Shown piece after piece: positions 28,965 to 38,294 of a stretch of DNA of 64,000 nt. Under the pieces are notes generated by a model, which made no database searches, was not told the DNA's origin, and was given only the letters and a program-made list of their open reading frames with translations. The DNA lies in assembly GCA_964450895.1 (NCBI GenBank), contig CAYVGW010000001.1, positions 9,259 through 73,258 on the forward strand, given 5' to 3'. Positions within the stretch are counted from its first letter, which is position 1. Every line of letters starts with the position of its first letter. Source of the stretch: an uncultured Terracidiphilus sp. Its GTDB lineage: Bacteria > Acidobacteriota > Terriglobia > Terriglobales > Acidobacteriaceae. A program made the position numbers and the translations under genes.

Positions 28965-30202
28965 TCCCGTCCCGCGACAAAGACGCGCGGCCTCAGGGGA
29001 GCGGCGATAGAGTAGGCCAGTTCGCGGTAGTCGGTGAACTCATGAATCAAGAAGTCGGCCTGCTTGCCGGTTTCCAGAGAGCCTATTCGGCTGCCCAGGC
29101 CAAGGCTCCAGGCCGCATTGATCGTCGCCGCCGTCAGCGCCTCGGCGGGCGTCAGGCGCATCTGCAAGCAAGAGAGCGACAGAATGAACGGCATGGAGGC
29201 AATCGGCGAGGAGCCGGGGTTGAAGTCCGTGGCCACGACAATCGCCAGACCCGCATCAATCATCTTTCGTGCGGGCGGGTATTGCGTCCTACCCAGCGCG
29301 AAGACCGAGCCGGGTAGAAGGACAGGCTGCGTGCCCGCGGTCCACAAATGATGAAGGTCTTCATCTTCGATGGCTTCAAGGTGATCGGCTGTGGCCGCGC
29401 CGAGGATAGACGCCATCACGGCTCCGCTGCCCGATTTGAATTGATCTGCATGAACGCGCAGTCCAAGGCCGTTCCGGATGGCCGCGGTGAGTACCGTGTA
29501 GGCCTCTTGCACAGTGAATGCATGGTCATCACAAAATACATCGCAGTAAAGCGCCAGCTTTGCCGCGGCCACTTCGGGGATCAGCTCTTCGGCGATCCAG
29601 CGCACGTACTCCTCGCGCCTTCCGGCAAACTCCGGCGGAACGGTGTGCGCCGCCAGCAGAGTCGGCACAATCTCCGCCGGACCCTCGGCGTTGAGCCGCG
29701 CCATCACGCGCAGCATCTTCAACTCCGTCGCACGATCCAGCCCGTAGCCGGACTTGGCCTCGATGGTCGTCGTTCCCGTGCGCAGCATCCAGTCGCGATG
29801 CTTGCGCGCCTCGGCCAGCAACTCGTCTTCGGTAGCCGCACGAGTCTGCGCGACGGTACTCAGAATGCCGCCGCCCGCCGCCGCAATCTGCTGATAGGTT
29901 GCTCCCGCGATGCGCTGCTCAAACTCCGCCGCGCGATTGCCGGCAAAAACCAGATGCGTATGCGCATCGACAAAGCCGGGAGTTACGCAGCGGCCCTTTG
30001 CATCGATAATCGCCGCGTCCGGCGGAATTTTGGCTTTAAATTCGGAATAAGGTCCAGCGGCAACGATGCGGCCGTCTTGGATCAGCAGCGCGGCGTCCTC
30101 GATCAAGCCGAGTTCGCGCAACTCGGAGCCTGTGCGCGGACGCGCCGGACCTGCAAGCGTGACGAGTTGGCCGATGTTGACGACGGCTAGAACATTTCCC
30201 AC
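28952..30202 (-). CDS. hutI: Imidazolonepropionase
   Basis: PGFVDAHTHLVFAG.R..EF, GGGILSTV, IEAKSGYGL, HADQ, ADHLE, ATDFNPGSSP; GTG start after GAGGG. Confidence 0.97.
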   Translation of the reverse strand: MGNVLAVVNIGQLVTLAGPARPRTGSELRELGLIEDAALLIQDGRIVAAGPYSEFKAKIPPDAAIIDAKGRCVTPGFVDAHTHLVFAGNRAAEFEQRIAGATYQQIAAAGGGILSTVAQTRAATEDELLAEARKHRDWMLRTGTTTIEAKSGYGLDRATELKMLRVMARLNAEGPAEIVPTLLAAHTVPPEFAGRREEYVRWIAEELIPEVAAAKLALYCDVFCDDHAFTVQEAYTVLTAAIRNGLGLRVHADQFKSGSGAVMASILGAATADHLEAIEDEDLHHLWTAGTQPVLLPGSVFALGRTQYPPARKMIDAGLAIVVATDFNPGSSPIASMPFILSLSCLQMRLTPAEALTAATINAAWSLGLGSRIGSLETGKQADFLIHEFTDYRELAYSIAAPLRPRVFVAGREVVS

Positions 30203-30261
30203 GCCTGATTCCCTCGTTCGTTGAGTCATATCACTGCAAAGTTGAATGCTCACATCACCAC

Positions 30262-30376
30262 AAATCTGTCATCCTGAAACCTTCAAATCCCCAAAAATCT
30301 GTCATCCATAAATCTTCACATCTCCAACAATCTGTCATCCTGAGCGGAGCGTTCTTCAGCGGAGTCGAAGGACCTG
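30262..30376. repeat. 33-bp tandem repeat running into a TGTCATCCTGAGCG...GTCGAAGGAC REP-like element (family 4)
   Basis: ATCTGTCATCC at 30264, 30297 and 30330 (exact 33-bp spacing). Confidence 0.75.
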
Positions 30377-30405
30377 TGGTTGCTTTTCTCTCTTCCGCGC
30401 CCCAT

Positions 30406-32082
30406 TCAGCCATTCACGCGCTTCGGCCCACTTTCGAGCATGGGAATCGGAATCCCCTTTTCCCGCGCCGTCTGCTGCGCCAGTTCATAGCCCGCATCGG
30501 CGTGCCGCGCAACGCCCAGGCCGGGATCGTTGTTGAGCACGCGGGCGATCTTGCGCGCGGCTATCTCCGTGCCGTCGGCTACTGTCACCTGGCCGGCGTG
30601 CAGCGAATAGCCCATGCCCACGCCGCCGCCATGATGGAAGCTCACCCACGTCGCGCCGGAGGCCGTGTTGAGCAGCGCATTCAGGATCGGCCAGTCGGCG
30701 ATGGCGTCCGAGCCGTCCAGCATCTTTTCCGTCTCGCGGTAGGGGCTGGCCACCGAGCCGGTGTCCAGATGGTCGCGGCCAATGGCGATGGGCGCGGATA
30801 TTTCGCCTTTGCGCACCAGCTCGTTGATCGCCAGTCCCATCCGCGCTCGCTCGCCGTAGCCCAGCCAGCAGATGCGCGACGGCAGCCCCTGAAATTCAAA
30901 CCGCCCCCGCGCCAGCTTGAGCCAGCGGGTGAGAATCTCATTCTCCGGGAAGAGCTCCAGCGCCAGCTCGTCGGTGCGCTCGATGTCCTTGGGATCGCCC
31001 GAAAGCGCCACCCAGCGGAATGGCCCCTGGCCGGTGCAGAAGAGCGGGCGAATGTACTCCGGCACAAAGCCGGGAATCAGGAAGGCGTCCTGGCATCCGG
31101 CGTCGAAGGCGAAGCGGCGAATGTTGTTGCCGTAGTCGAAGGCGATGGCCCCGGCGCGCTGCAAAGCCAGCATCGCGTCCACGTGAACCACCATCGAGGC
31201 CGTCGAACGGCGCACATATTCGATTGCGTCGTGCTGGCGCAGTTCCGCCGCCTCGCTGAGCGTCAGCCCCTGCGGCACATAGCCGTTCAGCGGATCGTGG
31301 GCGCTGGTCTGGTCGGTCACCACGTCCACCGCGACACCGCGCCGCACCAGCTCCGGCAGCACGTCGGCGCAGTTGCCCACCAGCCCCACGCTCAGCGCCG
31401 TTCCGGAGCGCACCGCCGCCTCGCACAGCCGCAGCGCCTCGTCCAGGTCTTCGGTCAGCGTGTCGCAGTAGCGCGTGGCCACGCGGCGCTCAATGCGGCT
31501 GCGGTCCACGTCGATGGCCAGCACGACGCCGCCGTTCAGCGTGACGGAAAGCGGCTGCGCCCCGCCCATCCCGCCCACGCCGCCGGTAACCACCAGCTTG
31601 CCTTTGAGCGTACCGCCGAAGTGCTTCTCCGCCAGCGCAGCGAAGGTCTGAAACGTCCCCTGCAAGATTCCCTGCGTGCCGATATAGATCCAGCTTCCCG
31701 CCGTCATCTGGCCGTACATCATCAGGCCCTTGCGGTCCAGCTCGTGGAAGTGCTCCCAGTTGGCCCACTTGCCCACCAGATTCGAGTTGGCGATCAGCAC
31801 GCGCGGCGCGCCCTCGTGCGTGGGAAAGACCGCCACCGGCTTGCCGCTCTGCACCAGCAGCGTCTCCTCGCCGCCCAACTGCTCCAGCTCGCGCACAATC
31901 GCGTGGAAGCACTCCCAGTTGCGCGCCGCCTTGCCGATACCGCCATAGACCACCAGGTCTTCGGGCCGCTCGGCAACCTCCGGGTCAAGATTGTTCATCA
32001 GGCAGCGCAACGCCGCCTCCTGCTGCCAGCCTTTGCAGCGCAACTGGCCGCCGCGCGGCGAACGAATCACGGGAGCTGTCAT
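30406..32082 (-). CDS. hutU: Urocanate hydratase
   Basis: [66 protein letters not shown]. Confidence 0.98.
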   Translation of the reverse strand: MTAPVIRSPRGGQLRCKGWQQEAALRCLMNNLDPEVAERPEDLVVYGGIGKAARNWECFHAIVRELEQLGGEETLLVQSGKPVAVFPTHEGAPRVLIANSNLVGKWANWEHFHELDRKGLMMYGQMTAGSWIYIGTQGILQGTFQTFAALAEKHFGGTLKGKLVVTGGVGGMGGAQPLSVTLNGGVVLAIDVDRSRIERRVATRYCDTLTEDLDEALRLCEAAVRSGTALSVGLVGNCADVLPELVRRGVAVDVVTDQTSAHDPLNGYVPQGLTLSEAAELRQHDAIEYVRRSTASMVVHVDAMLALQRAGAIAFDYGNNIRRFAFDAGCQDAFLIPGFVPEYIRPLFCTGQGPFRWVALSGDPKDIERTDELALELFPENEILTRWLKLARGRFEFQGLPSRICWLGYGERARMGLAINELVRKGEISAPIAIGRDHLDTGSVASPYRETEKMLDGSDAIADWPILNALLNTASGATWVSFHHGGGVGMGYSLHAGQVTVADGTEIAARKIARVLNNDPGLGVARHADAGYELAQQTAREKGIPIPMLESGPKRVNG

Positions 32083-32103
32083 GGTCCTCATCCCTCGGAA
32101 ACA

Positions 32104-32180
32104 GTGAAACAGTTATGAGGTGAAAAAGTGAAGAAGTGAAGTATGAAAAGAGCGTTCTTTCACTCATTCACTTCTTCACT
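32104..32180. repeat. Paired GTGAA/TTCAC octamer-like repeats forming a hairpin
   Basis: GTGAAAAA GTGAAGAA GTGAAGTA ... TTTCACTCA TTCACTTC TTCACTT. Confidence 0.65.
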
Positions 32181-32211
32181 TGCAGTCTGTTTTGCAATTT
32201 AATTATCACAA

Positions 32212-32634
32212 TTAATTCAGCAGGCGCTTGCGCAGTGCGGTCCTTGTTGTTTCATTGATCTCGGTAACCGGCACGCTGATCCTTCCAGCCCCGCTGTCAA
32301 GCACAGCATCGCTGCGCTCCGGCCACGCATAAAACAGCTTGTTCTGCTTCACATCCACCGCCAGGAGAAATCCCGGAACGTTTGAGTTTGCCAAACGCCG
32401 ATAGGACCTCTTATCGAGAGGGAACGAAGAAGAAATGGCGCGTTCTGTGCCTTTTACTTCCACGGCGAAGGTATTCACTCCCCCCTCTGGATTCCCGAAG
32501 CCAACAAGGAAGTCGAATCCGAGATCAAGCGTCGGACGGGCGAGGAACTTGGGTTCAAGCTCCTGGAGGAAGAGCTCAGCCAATACCTCACTCCTCCTCC
32601 CAATAAAATCAGCGTGTGATGATGTCATTTTCAT
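32212..32634 (-). CDS. Small PD-(D/E)XK nuclease-fold protein (DUF4365-like)
   Basis: GRRSE helix, DLGFDFLV, FAVEVKGT, SNVPGFLLAVD; ATGA overlap with partner. Confidence 0.75.
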   Translation of the reverse strand: MKMTSSHADFIGRRSEVLAELFLQELEPKFLARPTLDLGFDFLVGFGNPEGGVNTFAVEVKGTERAISSSFPLDKRSYRRLANSNVPGFLLAVDVKQNKLFYAWPERSDAVLDSGAGRISVPVTEINETTRTALRKRLLN

Positions 32635-33116
32635 GCGAACACCGAAGTCTTGGGTTTATGGCTGGTGGTCTTCCAGAACATTCGTACCTCATCATGCAGA
32701 ACATGAAGATTCCCAGCCGTTAGTTCGTTGGAGATTGGGATACAAGTGATCCCCTTGACGGGCATGCCGAGACAAACTGACCGGACGAAGACGCGTCGCG
32801 AAGGTTCATGAATTCCGAAAACATACGTCGGACCGGGAATCTGAAGAAGGCGTTCGACATCCTGCTTTTTCATCGAGATTCTCAGGCTCCGTGAATTCTT
32901 CGGGAATGCCGAGCCGGTTGTTTTTGCTTGCACAAAGAAATAGGGCGTTCTTCCGCGCACATTCCGCAGTTCAACGTAGAAGTCAATCGATGGCCACTTG
33001 TCGCCCAGGAATCCAGGCCGAAACAGCGGCTCAGGAAAGGCCTGATAGTTCGTAAGAATATCCTGAACAATCAGTTCCCCGCGAAATCCCGTCATATCTC
33101 TGAGATCGATTGTCAT
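32631..33116 (-). CDS. Small PD-(D/E)XK nuclease-fold protein (DUF4365-like)
   Basis: GFRGE helix, PSIDFYVEL, FFVQAKTT, PGPTYVFGI. Confidence 0.78.
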   Translation of the reverse strand: MTIDLRDMTGFRGELIVQDILTNYQAFPEPLFRPGFLGDKWPSIDFYVELRNVRGRTPYFFVQAKTTGSAFPKNSRSLRISMKKQDVERLLQIPGPTYVFGIHEPSRRVFVRSVCLGMPVKGITCIPISNELTAGNLHVLHDEVRMFWKTTSHKPKTSVFA

Positions 33117-33363
33117 CTGAACTGAGGTCGAATTTCAAATCCAGTATACCCTTTGACACAATTTCACGGTCCCCAAAATCTTTCCAGTAAAGATACTATT
33201 CCGAAAAAACTCTCTGCAAAAGCCAAAGTTGCAGGCGAGCGCGCCCTATGATGGTGGAATCAACGCCAAATTCTAGAAGAACTTTCAGATTCCACGGTCC
33301 AGGACAAAATCCGCCATGGAAATCCTGTTGCCGGATCGAAGCGCCTCTCACTATCCTGTTCTC

Positions 33364-34854
33364 ATGCCCAAGACTCTCGTTGAATGCGTGCCCAATTTCT
33401 CTGAAGGCCGCGACCCGGCCAAGGTCGATGCCATTGTCGAAGCCATGAAGATTCCCGGCGTTTACCTGCTCGACCGCGAGATGGACGCCGATCACAACCG
33501 CTGCGTCATCACGCTCATCGGCGAGCGGGAGGCTATCGCCGAGGCGGCGATTCGCGGCGTGGGCAAGGCCGCCGAGCTGATCGACCTCACGCAGCACACC
33601 GGCGCGCACCCGCGCATGGGCGCAGCCGACGTCATTCCCTTCATCCCCATCGACGGCGTGACGCTAGAGGATTGCGTGGCCATGGCCAAGCATGTGGGCG
33701 CGGAGATCGCCCGCCGCTACCAGATTCCGATCTATCTTTACGAGGCCGCCGCCACGACGCCCGAGCGGCAGAATCTGGAAAACATTCGCCGCGGGCAGTT
33801 CGAGGGCATTCGCGACGAGATTGCCGTGAAGCCCGAACGCAAGCCCGACTTCGGCGAGCCGCGCGTCCATCCCACCGCCGGAGCCACCGTCGTCGGCGCG
33901 CGCAAGCCGCTGATCGCTTACAACATTTTTCTAAATACCACCGACGTCTCCGTCGCCAAGAAGATCGCCAAGGCGGTGCGCTTCTCTTCAGGCGGCCTGC
34001 GCTTCGTCAAGGGCGCGGGCTTTCTGGTGCGCGGCATGGCCCAGGTCTCGATGAACCTGACCGACTTTGAGCAGACGCCGATCCATCGCGTCTTTGAGTT
34101 CGTCAAGCGCGAGGCCGAGCGTTACGGCTGCGTTCCGGTCTCCAGCGAGATCGTCGGGCTGATTCCCAAGCTCGCGCTGGAACAGGCCGCGGAGTGGTTC
34201 CTGCAAGTGGAGAACTTCGACTCCTCGCTGATTCTGGAGAACCGTCTGGATGCAGTCATGAGCGGCAAGACGGCCGTGGGCGGACTGCGCGCGGGCATCG
34301 AGCCCTTCATCGAGCAACTGGCCGCGCCGACAGCGACTCCCGGCGGCGGCAGCGCGGCGGCGGCGGCGGGCGCGATGGCCGCCGGACTCGCCGTCATGGT
34401 GGCGTCGATGTCGCGCGGCAAAAAGGCCTATCTGCAATACGAAAGCCAGCTCAGCGAGGCCGTCGCCAAGCTCACGCCGCTACGCGAGGAGTTGAAGGCC
34501 GCCATCGACGCCGACGCCGAGTCGTACAACTTAGTCATGAAGGCCTACAAAGCCGCCAAAGAATCCGCCGACGGCGGCAAGGCGATCAACGCCGCGCTGC
34601 GCCAGGCAACCAGCGTGCCGCTGGGCGTGGCGGAAAAGGCTGTTGAGATTGCGCGCCTCGCCGCCGGCCTGCGAACCATCAGCAATCCCAATATGGCCTC
34701 TGATCTGACCACCGCGATTGCGCTGGCCGGCGCGGCGCTGGAAGGAGCGCTGGCTAACGTGGCCATCAATCTTGATTCCATTCAGCCAGAGTCGCCAGAG
34801 GATGAGGCCTTTGTGAGCCAAACAAAAAAGCGTGTGGCGGAGTTGAAAGGATAG
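33364..34854 (+). CDS. ftcD: Glutamate formimidoyltransferase / formimino-THF cyclodeaminase fusion
   Basis: LVECVPNFSEGRD, DADHNR, HPRMGAADVIPF, QVSMNLTD; cyclodeaminase part PTATPGGGSAAA...NVAINL. Confidence 0.95.
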   Translation: MPKTLVECVPNFSEGRDPAKVDAIVEAMKIPGVYLLDREMDADHNRCVITLIGEREAIAEAAIRGVGKAAELIDLTQHTGAHPRMGAADVIPFIPIDGVTLEDCVAMAKHVGAEIARRYQIPIYLYEAAATTPERQNLENIRRGQFEGIRDEIAVKPERKPDFGEPRVHPTAGATVVGARKPLIAYNIFLNTTDVSVAKKIAKAVRFSSGGLRFVKGAGFLVRGMAQVSMNLTDFEQTPIHRVFEFVKREAERYGCVPVSSEIVGLIPKLALEQAAEWFLQVENFDSSLILENRLDAVMSGKTAVGGLRAGIEPFIEQLAAPTATPGGGSAAAAAGAMAAGLAVMVASMSRGKKAYLQYESQLSEAVAKLTPLREELKAAIDADAESYNLVMKAYKAAKESADGGKAINAALRQATSVPLGVAEKAVEIARLAAGLRTISNPNMASDLTTAIALAGAALEGALANVAINLDSIQPESPEDEAFVSQTKKRVAELKG

Positions 34855-34943
34855 ATTGAACTGAAAGGATAGATTCTACCCGCGCGCAAGGCGGTTTCGA
34901 GCTTGGCAGCCTGTGGCAACGTCGTTCAATCGGCCAGACCGAA

Positions 34944-35243
34944 CTACGCCGCCTTGCGAAAGGGCACAATCTTCGGCTGTTTCTTTTCCTCTGCCTTCCG
35001 CACGTCATATCTGTTCTGCATCTCTAACCAAAAGGTCTTGCTTCCGCCAAAGGCGGCAGCCAGGCGCAAGGACATTTCCGCGGTGATGGCCGACCGGCAA
35101 TTGAGAATCTTCGACATCGTGACACGCGAGACATGGAGCCGAGCCGATACTTCCGTGACGGTAAGTTCTCCAATGACTTCCCGCAATACCTCGCCCGGAT
35201 GGGGAATACGATACGGCGCAATGCGCTTTCTTTCATCTGCCAT
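34944..35243 (-). CDS. higA: HigA-family antitoxin (HTH)
   Basis: PHPGEVLRE, ITAEMSLRL, FWLEMQNRYD. Confidence 0.9.
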   Translation of the reverse strand: MADERKRIAPYRIPHPGEVLREVIGELTVTEVSARLHVSRVTMSKILNCRSAITAEMSLRLAAAFGGSKTFWLEMQNRYDVRKAEEKKQPKIVPFRKAA

Positions 35244-35520
35244 GGTAATCCTCATAATTCAACAGGATAAACGCGTCGCCGTTGAAAGAAAAGGTCAGCC
35301 GCCAGTTTCCGCTCACCCACATCGAGAAGGTCTCTTCGCGCTCGCCTTTCAGCTTGTGCAGCTTCCAGCCTGCCGGGCGCGGAAGAGACGCCACATCTTT
35401 GGCCACGTCCAGCGCGCTCAACTGGGCAAACAGTTTGTTGGCGTGCGCAGGCTGAATGCCGCGCATATCTCCTGTTTGAAAGAACCGTCTCAAACCTGCG
35501 TGCTTGAAAGATTCAATCAC
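35233..35520 (-). CDS. higB: HigB-family (RelE-like) toxin
   Basis: IESFKHAGLRRFF, WKLHKLKG, SMWVSGNWRLTF, YEDYH; toxin-first order. Confidence 0.9.
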   Translation of the reverse strand: MIESFKHAGLRRFFQTGDMRGIQPAHANKLFAQLSALDVAKDVASLPRPAGWKLHKLKGEREETFSMWVSGNWRLTFSFNGDAFILLNYEDYHGR

Positions 35521-35580
35521 TTATAAATCATACCTTAACGCATGATTACCAGCCAACAGAGACTCTTCTGAAGAATCGCT

Positions 35581-37116
35581 CTACACCCGCCACGCGTCGA
35601 AGGCTCCTGCCCGCAGCGCCGCGGCCAGGGCTTCTATGTCGCCGGCCAGCACGCGGTCCTCTTCCAGGCGCGGAACCACCGCGCGCACCACGGCATAGGC
35701 GCGTTCGATCTCCGGGCCAGCCTTCAGCGGACGGCGGAACTCCAGCGCCTGCGCGGCGCACATCAGTTCAATGGCCACCACCCGCTCCACTTCATCGACG
35801 ATCTGGCGCAGCTTCAGCGCTCCGGTCATGCCCATCGAAACATGATCCTCCTTGCCGCCGTCGGTGGGAATGCTGCCCGTGGACGATGGATGCGAGAGCA
35901 CCTGGCATTCGTTGATCAGCGCCGCCGCCACGATCTGCGCCATCATGAAGCCCGAGGAAAGCCCCGGATCGGGCGACAGAAATGCCGGCAAGCCCTCGTT
36001 GATGTCCGGATTGAGCAGCCGGTCGATGCGCCGCTCCGTGATGCTGGCCAGATCGGTGAGCGCCATGGCCGCATAGTCGAAGGCATAAGCCAGCGGCGCG
36101 CCGTGAAAATTCCCTCCGGAGATGACCGCCGCGCTCAACTGCGTGCCCAGCGAATCGTCCGGGAAGATCAGCGGATTGTCGGTCGCCGAACCGGCCTCGA
36201 TCTCCAGCACGCCGCGCACATGCTCCAGCACGCCGCGCACTGCGCCATGCACCTGCGGCATACAGCGCAGGCAATAGGCGTCCTGCACGCGCGAATCGTG
36301 CTCGCGGTGCGCCTCGCGAATCTCCGAGCCGGCCAGCAGGCGCATCAAGTGCGCGGCGGCGGCAATCTGCCCCGCGTGCGGGCGGGCGAGGTGAATGCGC
36401 GGATCGAAGGCGGCGGGCGTGCCCATCAGCGCCTCCAGCGAGATGGCCCCGGCCAGGTCGGCAATCTGCGCCAGTCGCAGGCCGCGCGCCACCGCCAGCC
36501 CGCCGACGGCGGTCATCGCCTGGGTGCCGTTGAGCAGCGCCAGCCCCTCCTTGGCCGCCAGGACCAAAGGCTGCAAACCCGCCCGGCGCAGCGCCTCGCC
36601 TCCGGGTAGACGCTCGCCGTGGTAGAAGGCCTCGCCCTCGCCCACGACCACCAGCGCCAGGTGAGCCAGCGGGGCCAGATCTCCGCTGGCCCCCACCGAA
36701 CCTCGCTCCGGGATCACCGGATGCACCCCGGCATTGAGCAGCGCGGCCAGCGCCTCCACCAGCGCCGGACGGCAGCCGCTGAAGCCTTTGGCCAGCACAT
36801 TGGCGCGCAGCAGCAGCATGGCCCGCGATTCGGCCTCGGAGAGCGGCTGACCCACGCCGCCGGCGTGGCTGCGCACGATATTCCTCTGCAACTGCGCCAG
36901 GCTCTCCGGCGGAATGCTCACATCCGACAACTTGCCGAAGCCGGTGTTGACCCCGTAGACCTTCTGCCCGGTCGAGACAATCTCCTCGATCAGCTTGCAA
37001 CTGGCGGCCACGCGAGCCAGAGCGGCCGGCGCAACGGCCACCGGCGCGGCGTGGAGCGAAACAGCTTCAATCTCGGCCAAGGTCAAAGGCTGGCCGTCCA
37101 ACATCAGGCAATCCAT
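35581..37116 (-). CDS. hutH: Histidine ammonia-lyase
   Basis: YGVNTGFG, GSVGASGDLAPL (MIO Ala-Ser-Gly), KEGLALLNGT, QDAYCLRC, SGGNFHG, EDHVSMG. Confidence 0.97.
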   Translation of the reverse strand: MDCLMLDGQPLTLAEIEAVSLHAAPVAVAPAALARVAASCKLIEEIVSTGQKVYGVNTGFGKLSDVSIPPESLAQLQRNIVRSHAGGVGQPLSEAESRAMLLLRANVLAKGFSGCRPALVEALAALLNAGVHPVIPERGSVGASGDLAPLAHLALVVVGEGEAFYHGERLPGGEALRRAGLQPLVLAAKEGLALLNGTQAMTAVGGLAVARGLRLAQIADLAGAISLEALMGTPAAFDPRIHLARPHAGQIAAAAHLMRLLAGSEIREAHREHDSRVQDAYCLRCMPQVHGAVRGVLEHVRGVLEIEAGSATDNPLIFPDDSLGTQLSAAVISGGNFHGAPLAYAFDYAAMALTDLASITERRIDRLLNPDINEGLPAFLSPDPGLSSGFMMAQIVAAALINECQVLSHPSSTGSIPTDGGKEDHVSMGMTGALKLRQIVDEVERVVAIELMCAAQALEFRRPLKAGPEIERAYAVVRAVVPRLEEDRVLAGDIEALAAALRAGAFDAWRV

Positions 37117-37209
37117 AGGCCGAATTCTAGGCCGCGGCGGCCATCCGGTCCAGACGGATTGCGCGGAATTACTTGGCGATGGACCTTCATTCGTCTATGA
37201 TTTTCATCT

Positions 37210-37713
37210 ATGGCCATGGATTCCACGGGACTTCTGGATACTTTTGGACGAAAGCTGCTGGACGAGCTGCAAGCCAATGCCCGCCTCAGCCTGGCGGAGC
37301 TGGGCCGCCGCATCGGCCTTTCGCCCACCGCCACCGCCGAGCGCCTCAAGCAGATGGAGGAGATCGGCATCCTGCACGGCTACACCGTCGAGATCGACCG
37401 CGAAGCGCTGGGGCTGGAGGTGATGGCCTTCATCCGCATGAGTTGCAACGGCCAGAACTATCGCCGCCTGCTGGATTACGTGCAGACCCTGGAAGAGGTC
37501 CGCGAGTGCCACCATCTGACCGGCGGCGACGACCTGCTGCTGAAGGTCACCACCACCTCGATGGCCGACTTGGAGGCCTTGATCGAGGCTCTGCTGCCTT
37601 ACGGCAATCCGGTCACCAGCCTGGTTCTCTCCTCGCCCGTCGAGCGGCGCAAATTCGCCGTCACCGGCAAGCTCGTTACGGTGACGCGCAAATCGCCGCC
37701 ACGCCGCCGCTGA
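37210..37713 (+). CDS. Lrp/AsnC family regulator, divergent from hutH
   Basis: LQANARLSLAELGRRIGLS HTH; EVRECHHLTGGDDLLLKV RAM domain. Confidence 0.93.
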   Translation: MAMDSTGLLDTFGRKLLDELQANARLSLAELGRRIGLSPTATAERLKQMEEIGILHGYTVEIDREALGLEVMAFIRMSCNGQNYRRLLDYVQTLEEVRECHHLTGGDDLLLKVTTTSMADLEALIEALLPYGNPVTSLVLSSPVERRKFAVTGKLVTVTRKSPPRRR

Positions 37714-38294
37714 CGGCGGTCTTCGTACTTGCTCTGGAAAAGCGAAGAAAATACGTATGTCTCAGACCCATTGGAACCCTCGGTTTCCTGGCCAAAAAGG
37801 CCGATTTTGCGCACCAAAAGAGTATTTTTTGCAGGTAAATAGGGCTGTTTTCGGCCAAAAAGCCTGCGAAATCGGGGGGTTCCGGTTACTTATCAGTCAA
37901 CACGTAAAAATCGTAAGTATTTGATATAACTACTGTTCAATGAATTCGCAAGAGAAAAATACGCCCTACACAGGGGAGGGGGGGGTGGGGGTAGATTACT
38001 TTCCGGTAAAGGTTTGGATGGATTTTTGTTAGCGTTTTAGTAAACAGCCCTGTCGGCATTTTTCAGCTCCAAAACCATTGTGCGCGGAGCAGGATGGAAA
38101 TCCACCGGAACACTCTTTGGCCGCTCTCAAAAAAATCCCGCAAGCGAAGCAACCGGAAAAGCATATGTAAAACAAAAACAGCAAGTTAGCTTCCGCTTCG
38201 CGGAAATCGCGAGTCGGCGGCAGTTCATCGTATACAGCTTCTCATCGCTCCAGGTTATTTTTCAGGGGCGATAACCGGTCCCCCCGCGCTTTGT

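Noticed and set aside
30262..30345. Possible CRISPR array (33-bp periodicity)
   Set aside because: Intervening sequences are similar to each other and the period is too short; it is a tandem duplication
37890..37950. dif or oriC site
   Set aside because: No XerC/XerD consensus and no DnaA-box cluster visible
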